Assembly (NCBI GenBank): GCA_050084515.1 | Contig: CM114271.1 | Location: 46,810,001 to 46,874,000 of the forward strand | Direction: 5' to 3' | Length of the DNA: 64,000 nucleotides | From: Blasia pusilla | Taxonomy: Eukaryota | Shown here: piece by piece, positions 40,801 to 53,010 of the stretch | How the letters are laid out: every line of letters begins with the position of its first letter | Position numbering within the stretch: position 1 is the first letter of the stretch | The notes under the pieces: model-generated | Database searches by the model: none | What the model was told of the DNA's origin: nothing | Seen by the model: the letters and a program-made list of their open reading frames with translations, nothing else | Program-made: the position numbers and the translations under genes

Positions 40801-40940
40801 CGGACTCATCTGTAGGATGTCCTGACCGAATCCTCACAACGACCTCCAGTCAGGTGATATACTATGTGGTACTCACTTCACCCAAGGATTTGTGTATTTG
40901 GAATGGACAATGCTCCGCATTGGCTCCAATCCTCTGAATG
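37857..40940 (-). pseudogene. Ty3/gypsy pol remnant: PR-RT-RNaseH-INT
   Basis: PR tail (40295..40837); RT LDLRARYHQL, LPFGLKNAP and YIDDIIVFS; RNase H FELHTD and YASRSNNDAEANYSLYEGECL; integrase HKELGHFG, RWSLDFAGPLP and HPEADGLVER; tail LAIA..HRDTLRYATIRGGGY. Gypsy domain order; multiple frameshifts. Confidence 0.95.
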
Positions 40941-40969
40941 ACGCTGTCGTATAGTAAAATCAGGCAATG

Positions 40970-42040
40970 TGTAAACTCCTTCCTCGTTAAGTGTTAGATA
41001 GAGTTTTATTAGTATTAAGTAAATTAGCTTAGGAAAAGGAAATCCCCATGTTTAAACCTCTTTATGGTGCCTCTTTTATGCGGGCCCAACTTTAGAAAAG
41101 AGGTAATAAATAAAAGATAACTTTATAAAAGTAAAGTAGTGAGGTTGGTGCTTTAATGAAACGCAAAAGTAGGCTTGGTTGGTGGCTATGTTAGTTGGGG
41201 TAATTTGGAAAATATCAAGTGGATAAAAGAGGATATTTTGGAAGAGATAAGAGGGAATCTACTTGTGTCAAAATATGATTGGCTAAGCCTTGAGAGGAAG
41301 CCATATGGCACAAGATAAGATTAGCTCTATTTCGTACTCTTGTGGGTCTCTTGTGAGTATATAAAGAGGAGGGACCTTCAAGGGTTCATTACCTTCTATT
41401 CCACATCTTGAGTATTTCGTGTCACTCTTGAGTGTATGACTTTGGGATTGCTTGCTCTTCCAATGAGAGTGGATCACCCTCTTGGGAGAGTAACTTGACC
41501 ATGGTCTATTCTCCGAGAGGTTTCTAGAGTGTGGTGTGTGTGTGGAGATGAGAGGTTTGTCACCTTAGAGGAGTTTAGTCATACTAAAATAGTGAATGTT
41601 TTGGCTTGTTATTTCCCCAATGAGAGTGGATTATCCTTCTTGGGAGAATAACTCCGCCAAAACCCATTCTTGAGGAGAGAAGAGAATGTCTGTCAAGCAT
41701 GGATAGGGGTGGAGCACGAGTTGTGCCCGACTTTCCTTTCCTTAATCCATACCATGTCAAGATACTCTTTGTAGATAGGCACTAGTTCACTCGCTATTTA
41801 GTTTATCACTTTGGGGAGGCGTTCATGAACCAGGTCATTCAATCTCCAACTCCGGTGATCCTTCCTATCGTCACATATGGAAGGACATGGGATTGTATTT
41901 TGTATGTCCTTATATAGCAATCCATGGACGTCAATAGGCTTGCTCAAGTAGGGTTTAATACTAGTTGTGCTATCTTTCTCGTATACAAGCGTAAAATAGA
42001 TTATAGGGATTTTATAGTTAGGAATTTCGGGGTCCGATGT
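40970..42040 (+). mobile_element. Probable LTR distantly related to family E
   Basis: TGTAAAC start, TATATAAAGAGG box near 41358, internal direct repeat CCAATGAGAGTGGAT...CTTGGGAGA (41460 and 41617). No TSD found. Confidence 0.45.
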
Positions 42041-42332
42041 TACGAAGAAGTGATCGCATCGGCACTTCCATTTGTGGTACCTGTCGTGAGAGAATGGAGA
42101 GTATACATAATAATTTTATATTGAAAAAGAAGATCTTCTAAGAGAATTCATCTTGCATCGACCGCGTCTGCCGCAGCTAGAAGGTCTGCCCTTACTCCAA
42201 TAAAGGCTCTCGACACCACAACGCTTTCCCCAACATCAGTCGTTGCGCTCCTAAATCCAACGAGACGCGCTGCGAACTAAAAGCTCTACCTCTAGGACTC
42301 ACCAACTAGAAGACCTCTCCATGGTTATCCAA

Positions 42333-43302
42333 CATTGCGGAAGCGTACGTTCAGTAGGTCACGATCTCATCGCCGATCTGCACCCAAACACGCACTCTCG
42401 TTAGTCGGGTCTGGGCCAACCAGCGTTCCAACCCCATCGAGTTCTCAACTCGGCGTCTCATCAAGCTCAACCTTCCTTAGTTCCTAGTTTCCAAAAGACG
42501 GCAAGTCCTTCAAGACTTGGAACAGACTTCCTGGTTAGTCTAGGGATCTGAAACGGCACTTGCGCGCCTAGCAATCCCAACTGTTCAACAGACCTTGTGT
42601 GAGTTCCAAAACGAGACCCAAGTAATTGAGTCGCGGGGTGAAATCCAAGAGGGATGTCTAAAATCGCCTCAATAGACTTGGTGCAGGTTTTCCAACCCAC
42701 TCCCAAACTCGCGTTCCGTTCCATGCCCTTGAGCCGCCCCGCGGCGCCCAAAGTGGGGTTCGGGTTCCAAGCACTCTGGAAGACCTTCCCCCTTACTAGT
42801 ACTTCTGGGGTTCTCCAATAACACCCCCCCCCCCTTTGGAAAAGGAGGGTCGGGCCCTTCATTGTGGCCCTCAACCCGACTATTTTTACACTCGTTTCCG
42901 GGTTGTTTCTCAGCCGCTGCTGAAGAATTTGCAAAGATCTTTAGTGCGTTTGAACCGACTTTCCATAAGCTTTCTAATGCACCCTTATTTAATCCAAACG
43001 CATCTTGGTGCTAAAAGTTATGGCCATAAATATAGTCAGAAACTCTCAAACGCTAGTGGCGTTCCAAATCCGGATTCTTCCTTTGGCAACCCACTTCCTA
43101 GACTCGACTTCTTTCAAGTCTCATTCCGCATTTGGTCCAGGTTTCTCGGTCGCGACCACAACATCTGAAACGCGACGTCTCGCTCGCGTCTCGTCTCTTG
43201 TCTCCTCTTTGAGACTAATCCAACGCGCAAACCATCTTAGCGTGAGCCCGCTAATGTTTCGATGTTCCGCTTGGCACTCGTTTGGTCATGAGGGTCGCGA
43301 CA
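42333..43302 (-). mobile_element. LTR family D copy, one end truncated
   Basis: Colinear with 48469-49487 and reverse-complementary to 44588-45589; ends GAGGGTCGCGACA. Confidence 0.85.
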
Positions 43303-44587
43303 GTGATAGTAGAGTCGCCATGCCTCAATCTCCTGGGCATATTTGTGGGAGAACTCATGGTAATAGGCGCCTCCTCTAAATGCTAGAACATATCGTTCCA
43401 TATTGTAAACGGGTTGAACTCTCTAGAGTACCTAGCCCGTTGTGAGTCACACCAACTCCTAAACTCCACAATGAAGTCCTGTAGCTCTATAGTGCCTACA
43501 TCACGTTAAAACCTACGCGGTCCTCTATCTCGGTCGTCCATCTTGTACGCCCAACTTGTAGGACCACTCAATGTATACAGTGGATCACTAACACACTCCT
43601 CTACACGCTCCCCCTCGTCTGAAGATGACACTGAAGGAGATCGAGGTGGTCTCTCACGTGGAGACCCTTGAAACCTCGCACCACTCCAGGTAAACCCTCC
43701 AGAGCTACTCTCAGGTCCACTACCTTGCCTCTCAAAATCCCAAAAAGACGCCGTGATGGCCTTGGTGCCCCTCTTACATGATCACTCTCAATCTTGCGAT
43801 TAAACCCTTATTCACTCAAACTAAACATGCGGCACTCAATCTACACTCTCTCATTGAGATGTGTGCTGTGGCGCAACAAGCAGCGTGGTGCAGCAACTTA
43901 ACTGATCTATCATCTCATCGACAAACCATCCTTAACTCTGGACATCCCACACAGGTCTATGTCCCCTAAACCCATACATTATTTATGCTCCAAGCATCAG
44001 CACGAAACCCAATATCCCAAATAACTTCCCAATACCCGAAAATCCCTCACACGTGCAAGGTAAGAGACCAGAATGGGTAACCTGACAATAATGTCAATGT
44101 CGCTCCTCGGCAATTACAAATCTTGACCCCAACTCAGTCGTGGAGACAACTCCTCCAATCAGCAAGTCGTACTCCTCTCGTACTGACGCTGCTCAAACCT
44201 CCTTGATGTGCGGTGCACGTCCAGCGGTCTGGTGCGGCACTGGCGGCACGGAATGGCTACAAACGGCATGGCACTCAGGAATGGGATGCGGCACTCGGTG
44301 GCATACCTTCCTTGATAAAAAATTCACAGATTGTGCTGCTTAGTGAAGAGCGGCTCCGCGACCAAGATGGTGCGGTGCGGCCATGAACGGCATGGCGAGG
44401 CAATCGGCAACGCGTTGCGGCTACGAGCGTCGCGTCACGGCACGGTACTGGATTTTTGTCGAGCGACTACCAATCATAACATAGCAACATGAAATGAAAA
44501 CTCAAAGACCATAACTCGAGGTCACCTACCATGACTCGTTGATGACGAAACTATAATGATGGTGGCGGTGGAACCAAAGTACGTGGT
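43303..44587 (-). pseudogene. Highly decayed gag/leader remnant similar to 3900-4500
   Basis: Short matches such as AATGGGTAACCT.ACAT (44072 vs 4450) and GATC/GTC.AGGTGG.CT (43638 vs 4004). Confidence 0.4.
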
Positions 44588-45589
44588 TGTCGCGACCCTC
44601 TTGACCAAACGAGTGCCAAAGCAGAACATCAGAACACTAGCGGGCTCATGCTAAGATGGTTTTTGCATTGGAGTGGTCTTAGAGAAGAGACAAGAGACGA
44701 GACGCAAGCAAGCCTTCGCGTTTCATATGTTGTGGTCGCGACTGAGAAACCTGGACTAAACGCGGATCAAGACTTGAGAGGAGTCAAGTCTAGGAAGTGG
44801 GTTGCCAAAGGAAGGAATCCGGATTTGGGACGCCACTAGCGTTTGAGAGTTTTCGACTGTATTTATGGCCATAAATTTTAGTGCCAAGATTCATTTGGGA
44901 CAAGTAAGAATGCGTTGGAAATCTTATGGAAAGCCGGTTCAGACGCACTAAAGATCTATGCAAACGCACAAGTAGCGGCTGAGAAACGACCCAAAAATTA
45001 TTGTAAGTAGAGTTGGGTTAAGGGCCACAATGAAGGGCCCGACCATCCTTTTCCAAAGGTGGGAGGTTAGTGGAGATCCCCAGAAGTACTAGTAAGGGGG
45101 AAGGTCTCCAAGGGTGCTTGCGACTCAAACCCCACTTTGGGCGCCACGGGGCGGCTCAAGGGCATGGAACGGATCGGGAGCTTGGAGTTGGGCTTGAAAA
45201 TCTGAACCAAGTCTATTGAGGTGAATTTTAGAGATCCCTCTTGGATTCCAACCCGCAACTTGATTACTTGGGTCCCGGTTAGGAACCCGCACGAGGTTCG
45301 TTGAACAATTGGGACTGCTAGGCGCGCAAGTGCCGTTTCAGGTTCCTAGACTAACCAGAAAGTGTGTTCCAAGTCTTGAAGGACTTGTCGTGTTGGGAAC
45401 CTAGGAATGAGGGAAGGGTGAGCTTGATGAGATTCCGAGTTGAGGACTCGATGGGTTGGCAGGCCGCTTGACCCAAAGCCAGACTAACGTGAGTGCCTTT
45501 GGGTACATGTTGACTATGAGAGTGTGTCCTACTGAACGTACGCTTCCGCAACACTAAGATTGACGTTCAAGGAGAGTAGGCGCACGATA
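44588..45589 (+). mobile_element. Solo LTR family D
   Basis: TGTCGCGACCC...GTAGGCGCACGATA; flanks GTGGT and GTGAT (5-bp TSD with one transition). Confidence 0.88.
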
Positions 45590-45719
45590 GTGATGGCGAC
45601 ACAAGTTAGAGAATCAACGGTCATCATGGAAGACTCTCCACTCCGTAATAGTGGCTATGGCAATCAAGGGTGGATAACGGCCAAACGCGGCTCTGAGCAG
45701 CGCTAGGCGGCGGCGGCGG

Positions 45720-45845
45720 ATTGTTGACGGTGACGGTTGACCGTTGATGGTGAAAATTGACTATTTTTGGTGATGGCTGACCATTGACAATGACGGTTGA
45801 CCATTGATGGTGATGGCGGACCATTGACGGTGACTATGACGGTCG
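45720..45845. repeat. Degenerate TGACGG/TGATGG/TGACCA low-complexity repeat
   Basis: TTGACGGTGACGGTTGACCGTTGATGGTGA...ACCATTGACGGTGACTATGACGG. Confidence 0.8.
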
Positions 45846-46388
45846 CGGCTGGTTTAGGGTTTGAACAATTTAACCCTAAAAATTGCCTAGCAATGGTAGT
45901 TTTGCAAGATTGACCATAATATTTTGCTCGCAACTTCAAATTACGTACCGTTTGTTGCACAACGTGCATAGCTTTACTATCTACAACAAGATCAAAAAAT
46001 ATTTTCAATCAGAAATTCCAGTAAAAAAAATGGAGATTGTCGTTAAGCCCAATGTCTCTTTCTCCTACACAAAATTCGGTAGCGCTTTTGCGTTGATTTC
46101 TCCCAACAAAAATGTAAAACCTGTGAGACCACAAATCAGCAAGCTACATGGTGCTCCCAAGAGCATCGACATGGAGCAATCCGCTTCCATACTCAATTCC
46201 TATCGAAAATTGGGCAACGCTTCCGCTTGCCACTCTCCCGTACAAAAAATTAGCAAAGCAAAACAGCAAACTCGCATGGCTCTTGCTCCGGTAAGCACTC
46301 CCACGAGCCATGAAGCGGGGAACACGGTCCCCCAACCTATTGTATTTTACAAAGAGATAATTGAGTGAGTGAGAGAGCTCCCCCATCA

Positions 46389-47593
46389 AGCTCTCTCACT
46401 CACTTAATTATCTCTTTGTAAAATACGATCCAATCTCTCTCACAACACCATAGTTCTCACATGTTTCTCTCAATGTCAAACCAAACCCACTCTCCTAATG
46501 AGAGGCTTGGATTATACACACAAGGCAAGCAAGACCATAGCTCTGCCGCCTCATGCCAAGAGGTTCAACAAAGAGAGAATGAGCTCTCAAGCTCTCTCTC
46601 TTTGTTGGAGAGCTTGAGAGAGAGCTTGAGAGCTCATTATCTCTTTGAGGTATACCCCTTCCCTCTCCCAAGCTCTTTCCATGGTAACTTATGTTGTCAC
46701 GTCTTTTAGGATAGATCGATGAGATCTAGTAGAGTGTCTTTGTGAGTAGTGTAGGACATACTCACTGAGTATGTCATGTTGAGGCCCCGGGAAACATGAG
46801 AGAGCAGGATTTCCCTTCGTTTCGGCTCATTTGGAGCCATATTGAGGAACTTACTATTTTAGATAAGTGTCATTTTAAGTATATGATCGAGTTTCTATTT
46901 TTGGTAAATGGCCCTTGACATCCTACATCTGGTCAAGAGCCAAGGAGGTGACTTGGGAGCATAGGTTATCATGGAGAGAGCTTGGGAGAGAGGAGGAGTA
47001 TACCTCAAGGAGAGAGAGCTTGAGAGCTCATTCTCTCTTTGTTGAACCTCTTGGCATGAGGCGGCGGAGCTATGGTCTTGCTTGCCTTGTGTGTGTAACC
47101 CAAACCTCTCATTAGGAGAGTGGGTTTGGTTTGACATTGAGAGACACATGTGAGAACTATAGTGTTGTGAGAGAGATTTGGTCTTATTTTAATTGGAGAT
47201 ATTTTGGTACTTCTTGTCTCGTTGTTTGGATGCCATGAGTTAGCATGGGATCGTGCGTGTTTGTATGTGTGTGTTCGGTGACAACGATGTATGTTGTGTA
47301 GCAATGTGTATGTGCACGACAATGCTCCCAAGTCACCTCCTTGGCTCTTGACATGATGTAGGAGGTCAAGGGACACTTACCAAAAAAGAAAGTCGATCAT
47401 AGACTCAAAATGGTACTTATCTAAAATAGTAATTTTCTCAACATGGCTCCAAATGAGCCGAAACGAAGGGCAAACTTACTCTCTCAACTTTCTCGGGGCC
47501 TCAATAGGTCATCCTCGACCTATTGAGCCTATCCTCCACTACTATTGAAGGCGTTCTACTAGATCTCACCGACCTATCCTAAAAGTCGTGACA
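46389..47593 (-). mobile_element. LTR family B variant, host of a nested opposite-strand LTR-B
   Basis: Minus strand starts TGTCACGACTTTTAGGATAG at 47593; pieces 47322-47593 and 46389-46694 are contiguous in the LTR-B sequence. Confidence 0.88.
46695..47321 (+). mobile_element. Solo LTR family B nested in LTR-B
   Basis: TGTCACGTC...TGTGCACGACA; flanks ATGT and ATGC (4-bp TSD with one C>T). Confidence 0.9.
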
Positions 47594-48468
47594 TGTAACC
47601 CTCGACAATGTTACTTTGACTTAGGGTCAAAGTGACATCCCGCCCTAGGCCTACAAGGACAACTACAATGGGAGGCAATACTTGCCCATCCGATAGTCCT
47701 TCCCAACCACTAACAAACCCCCCCTCCCCCCTTTATCATCTACTCCCATGCCAAAAGAGAAAAATAATAGAAAATAATTGAGAGGAAACATCAAGGAGTT
47801 TTCCGCAATTGAGGGGAAGAAGATTTGTTGATTGACTGACTATTGGCAGAATCGTGGCGTAAATAGTTGGAAAGAAGGAAAAATTTATAGGGCTGCATGG
47901 GGCAAGTGATTTTGATTTGGGTTTGTGAGTCAATATGCAAGTCCCATCACTCACAAATTTTTTCTTCAGCAACTCTTGATACTGCAAACCCATACATTGT
48001 GAGATTTAAGACTCGCAAGTTGCCTTTATGTGAGTCCCAAGGCTCACAAAGCACTCGCAATCGTTAGGTTTGCAACTATAGTTCGAGTCTTTGAAGCCAC
48101 AAAGTACTCAAAATGAAGCTATGAAGGGTGTAATTTGACCTAGGGACAAGCATATATGTCTCAATCTTCCCCCATCTCCACATTTTTCTTACTTTCCCGT
48201 ATCTCCTTGATAAGTTTTCCTACTTTGAGTATTTAGTGGTACCCACTATCATTGCCAACAAAAAAGAGGAAAGTGGAGGCGTTATGGAGGCCTCTCATAT
48301 TATCTCTTGATTGTTAGAGGATCCTTAATTGAGAGCATGTCTAAGAGGCTAGACAATTACGCTAAAATAAGCCATTGCATCGTATTTAGAAAGCACGCAA
48401 GTCTCGTAGGCCCACTGAGGTGAGTGTTGGAGAATCCTCAAAAAGGAAGGTGTTGTGCCCATACAATA

Positions 48469-49487
48469 TGTCGTGCGCCTACTCTCCTTGAACGTAAATC
48501 TTTAGTGTTGCGGAAGGGTGCATTTAGAAGGACACGCTCTCAATGTTGATCTGCACCCAAACCCGCACTTACGTCAGTCGGGTCTAGGTCAATCAGCACT
48601 CTAACTCACCAAATTCTCAACTCGGCCTCTCATCAAGCTCAACCTTCCTAGTTTCTTGCTTGACAACACAGGCAAGTCTCTCAAGACTTGGGATAGACTT
48701 TCTGGTCAGTTCAGGAACCTCAAAGGGCTTTTGCACGCTTGGCCATCCCAACTGTCTAATGGACCTCCAATGGGTCCCTAACCGAGACTCAAAAAAATGA
48801 TTCGTGGATTGGAATCCAACTTTGGCTTCCGAAATCTACTCCCTTGGATCATATTTGGGTTTCGAGTCCCAACGTCAAGCTTCTGTTCCATCCCCTGCCC
48901 TTGAGCCGCCCTTTGGCGCCCAAAGTAGGGTTTGGGTCCCAAGAATCCTCTAAGACACTCCCCCTTACTAGTACTTTTGGGAATCACCACCCTCCCCCTA
49001 ACTTTGGGAAAGACAATCGGTCCCTTCATTTTGGCCCTCAACCCAACTCCACATATAGTCATTTTTGGCAAATATCTCAACCTCTACTTGTGCGTTTGCT
49101 AAGATCATTAGTGCGTTGGAACTAAATTTGCATAAGCTTTCCAACGCCACCTTACTTGTCCCAAATTAATATTGGGACTTAACGTTGTGGTCCAAGACAC
49201 AGTCAAAACCCCAAATGTTAGTCGCGTTCCAAGTCGGGTTCTCACCTCTTTGGCAACCAACCTTCCTAGACTCAACTCATCTTAAGATAGTCTTGGTTCA
49301 CGTTTGGTGAAGGTTTCTTGGTCGCGAAAAACTGTATTAAAAAACTTTCTAATGCAAAAACTCTATTCGCGTGTTTCGTCTCTTGGACTCTACCAAGAGA
49401 CCTCTCCAAAGCGCAACCATCATAGCAAAAGCCCCCAAACATTCTGATGTTCCGCTTGGCGCTCGTTTGGTTATGAGGGTTGCGACA
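48469..49487 (-). mobile_element. Solo LTR family D inserted in a chromovirus pol remnant
   Basis: Plus strand TGTCGTGCGCC...GAGGGTTGCGACA; flanks CAATA and CAATC. Confidence 0.85.
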
Positions 49488-50715
49488 CAATCCTTCATAA
49501 ATTTACTAGAAAAAAAGAAAAAATGGAATTGGGATACATCACAAGAGACTACTTTCCAAGCATTAAAGGATATCTTAATCAATGCTCTTATTTTAAAGTG
49601 ATAGGATCATAATCAACCTATCAAGTTGGCCATTGATGCATCAAGTACTACCATTGGAGTAGTATTAGAATAAGAATGGAAGGATGGATGACATCCGAGA
49701 TATCAAAAATAAAAAATACTCCATTGTAGTATTTGTGGATGGATTAAGCAAGATGATACATCCGCGTCTAACCAAGAAGATCGTTACCGCCCTATAGTTG
49801 GCGAGAATCTACGTCAAGAAAATCTTTGTTCTTTATGATATTTCTAATAGAGAAATCTACTTCACAAGTCTATTTTGGAAGGCCTTCTTTAGATTGCTCT
49901 AAATTAAAATAGTCATATCTACAACTTATCACCCTCAAACCGATGGGCAGACTAAAAGAGTCAATTGTACCATTGAGGATATGCTACATGCCTTGATATT
50001 GGAGGATCAACAAAGATGAGACTAATTGTTATCATTGGTAGAGTTCTCATACAATAACTTTATGAACTTTATTTACTCTTCAACCCTTCCTTTCACCCGA
50101 ATAGGAAAACTTCCAATAGAATCTACAAAGGTGCGTACTAGCAGTTAATAAGTATGGGGATACGATTCAAAAAGGAGTTCAACTTGCTAAGGAGTAGTTT
50201 CCTATTGCCAAAAATCGACAAAAGGATATACAAATCCATGTCGTTGAGAGTTAGAGTTTTATGGCGGGAATAAAGTTTGGTTAGCAACAACCAATTCATC
50301 ATTAGTAGGTGTGCATAAGCTAATTCCTTGCTATATTAGGCCTTTTGCCATTCTATAATATATGGATGTCATGATGTACAAGCTAGATCTACCAACTCTA
50401 CCAACGCATATGAAAATTTATCAGATATTCCATGTTTATCTTCTTTGATTGTTTATTCCCTATCCCAAAATATTTACCCTCCATCACTACCTCAAATGGT
50501 AGGAGATTATGAAGAATTTGAAGTGGAACGCATCTTGAAGAAACCCACTCAAAGAGCACATCACCAACGAGTTTAATACTTGGTCTAATGGAAAGGATAT
50601 CTGTTATTTGAGGCCACATGAGAACCTACAGCCAACTTGGCCAATACGCCATGGATAGTGCAATACTTTGAAAGTTCTCACAACGTGAATATTGTGCCTT
50701 AAATGGAGGGAGGTT
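49488..50715 (+). pseudogene. Chromovirus-type Ty3/gypsy pol remnant (RNase H, integrase, chromodomain) with PPT
   Basis: [76 protein letters not shown]...YLV*WKGYL; purine tract AAATGGAGGGAGG before TGTAAC at 50716. Many stops. Confidence 0.88.
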
Positions 50716-51085
50716 TGTAACCATATTTTGTTAGTCATGGTTAAGTTAGAATCTATATCATGTAGCGCATAAGTGAGAAAGAACCAACCAATAAAAGAAA
50801 GGATAAATAACATGCAATAATGATCAGAGTGGGCTCGTAGGTTCGTAAAAAGTAAGACAAGGATTAGATCATGGATAGATATGATAAGATGAGATAAGCA
50901 CACTAAAATCCAAAGCAGATCGTCTTGTGCCAGGAGATCGAAGAGGCTACGTGGGATAAGAATGGGTGGAGCTAATTTATCTTCATTGTACGTATCTCTA
51001 AGTAGAGAAAAGAAGAGAAGGGGCCTCGAGAGGCATTATACTTTTGTGCAATTCTAGTGTGGGCTTATGAGCTTAAGAGTTTCAA
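50716..51085 (+). mobile_element. LTR family E, 3' LTR of the chromovirus remnant, truncated
   Basis: TG start immediately after the PPT; homologous to 30100-30449. Confidence 0.7.
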
Positions 51086-51089
51086 CAAG

Positions 51090-51600
51090 AGACACTTTGC
51101 AATAAACTCTAAATGTGTGATCTCTAATCAATCCTAGCCCATTCTACAAGGGAGAATCCATACTCTATACATGCAAGCTGCATTGTATCACAAATTGTAA
51201 TATAGGTATGGTCTAAGGAAGATGAGTTCCAAACGAGATTCATCCAAGGTATATCCCCATGGGTGACATGTACACATAGGTAACCTCCTCCTAGCAAGTC
51301 ACAAGCAACCTGGAGTACACATTGTACTAGTTCCCTACTAACTCTACACACGGTCCTCTCACAAGAGAACACCACTCAATGCCAATTAACCCTTGAGCCC
51401 TATATGCCCAAGTGCTTCCACACAAAGAATGAGAGGGTCAACTTCTCCATGGTTGCCATTCCTTAGTAAGGGAAGGGTGACCTATGCTCGTTGGTCATCG
51501 TCTAAGAGCAAGTTACATACGACCTCTAGAAAATGGAGAAGTGCAAGACCCCTCTATGAATAGGCCCACTTCCTCTAATACATCTACTATCTTGCCATGC
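51090..51600 (-). mobile_element. Diverged LTR family C fragment (another at about 53160-53420)
   Basis: Reverse complement resembles 15200-15700 (CAAGACCCCTCTA, GGTGACCTA, CATGCAAGCTGCATTGT.TCAC.AAT). Confidence 0.6.
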
Positions 51601-52579
51601 CTTAGATATGCTAGTTCCCTGACGATGCATATCTTGTGCTTGTTTGAATCATACTCCTTATCATCCTTCTTGATGTAGAAGGCATCATGCTCATTGAAAA
51701 TGGGGAGATCCGATCCAAGTAATGTAGGCACGTGTTCATTGGGATGAGGCATGTCATGCTGCACAATAGGCCTCACTAAGTTTTACTAGTATTAAAAATC
51801 TGAAAGTTACTTGAATGTAAAAGAAAACATAAGTATTATAGTGGTAGGAACTTATGAAGGATGCTATCACATCTTGGTTGGCAAAGACCACTACTTGGGT
51901 CTTCTTGCCACACATCATCTGTGATTTGGGGAGTTGATTACTTACCCATACTTTGTAAGTTGTACAAGGCACCCTTGTAGTCAAATAAACCTCCTATAAT
52001 GTGAACTAACTATCCATATATTCTAAGATTGCTAGAAGGTAAGAGATGTTCACAAAGGCATATCGAAAGGCCTCATTTTCTCCCTAGGAGATGAAGTGCG
52101 TCCCCTTTGGCTTATGAGGTGAAGGTTGCGCCTCTAGCAAACTTTGTTTGTCCATCCGATCTTTCCGTAGGTCTCCAACTAGTGCTTACTCCCTTTGAAG
52201 AATTGCCACTCATGGAGCTCGATGGTAGTTGGCGGATGTTTTTGACTCCAACACCCACATTAATCACTCTTTTGCTCACTCTAAAAGCCCCTGCACCGCT
52301 GTAGTTGTGAAGTGATTACAATTCAAGGTATATCTAGAGATTGTATTTTGGATGCACTCCAAAGATATCATTGTGCCATTCCAAAATTTTTGAGAATGAT
52401 GTTCAAGATGTGTTGACAATATACAGGTGGCTTTTCCACTCACACGTCACATACATGCATATGCTACTCACACATATATCGCACGTTGTGACGAAGAAAC
52501 CTTTTTGTCTAATCCTTAGCTAGAAACTGTGAGGTGCTCAACAAAAGGCTTCTCAAGGCTATGAATCTCACATGTCCCA

Positions 52580-53010
52580 TGTCACATCTTAGTTAGCTAG
52601 TAGGTAGAGTTATGTCGTGTTAACAATATGGAGGGTTAGCGGGCTCTTTGAGTATAACTTCTTGAGGTGTCGGTTGAGACAAAAACTCCATTAGGAGGGA
52701 TTGTTGTTTAGGAAAAGTCCCCTATTTTGGGCTAGGTGACATGTTGATTAAGTCAAAATTCATCCAATAATCGATTTGCGTAGGTTATCGATTTAGGGCT
52801 ATTTTTAGGGGAGGTGCCTTCCCAAGGGTATAAATTTTAGGGAGAGGGCCTTCACAACCCATCTTTCTTATGTTCAGCCTTTGGACTCTTGGAGCACTAG
52901 GGTTTATGATTTGGGTTTTTAGGGTTTTCTAGAAGCTTAGGTGCTAGAGTCCGGATTCCCTTATGGTGGAGGGTGGATGTATCTTGATATGCTAGGCATA
53001 GATTTAGGAG
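52580..53010 (+). mobile_element. Diverged LTR family A fragment
   Basis: TGTCACATCTTAG start; AGGGCTATTTTT.GGG, CCATCTTTCT and GGAGGGTGGATGT blocks occur in family order. Confidence 0.7.

Noticed and set aside
42333-45589. 1-kb inverted repeat suggesting a foldback or TIR transposon
   Set aside because: Both arms are LTR-D copies and the right one has its own TSD, so independent opposite-orientation insertions explain it.
45883-46368. 161-aa ORF
   Set aside because: No recognisable motif, non-ATG start, and it ends in a fold-back hairpin among LTR debris.
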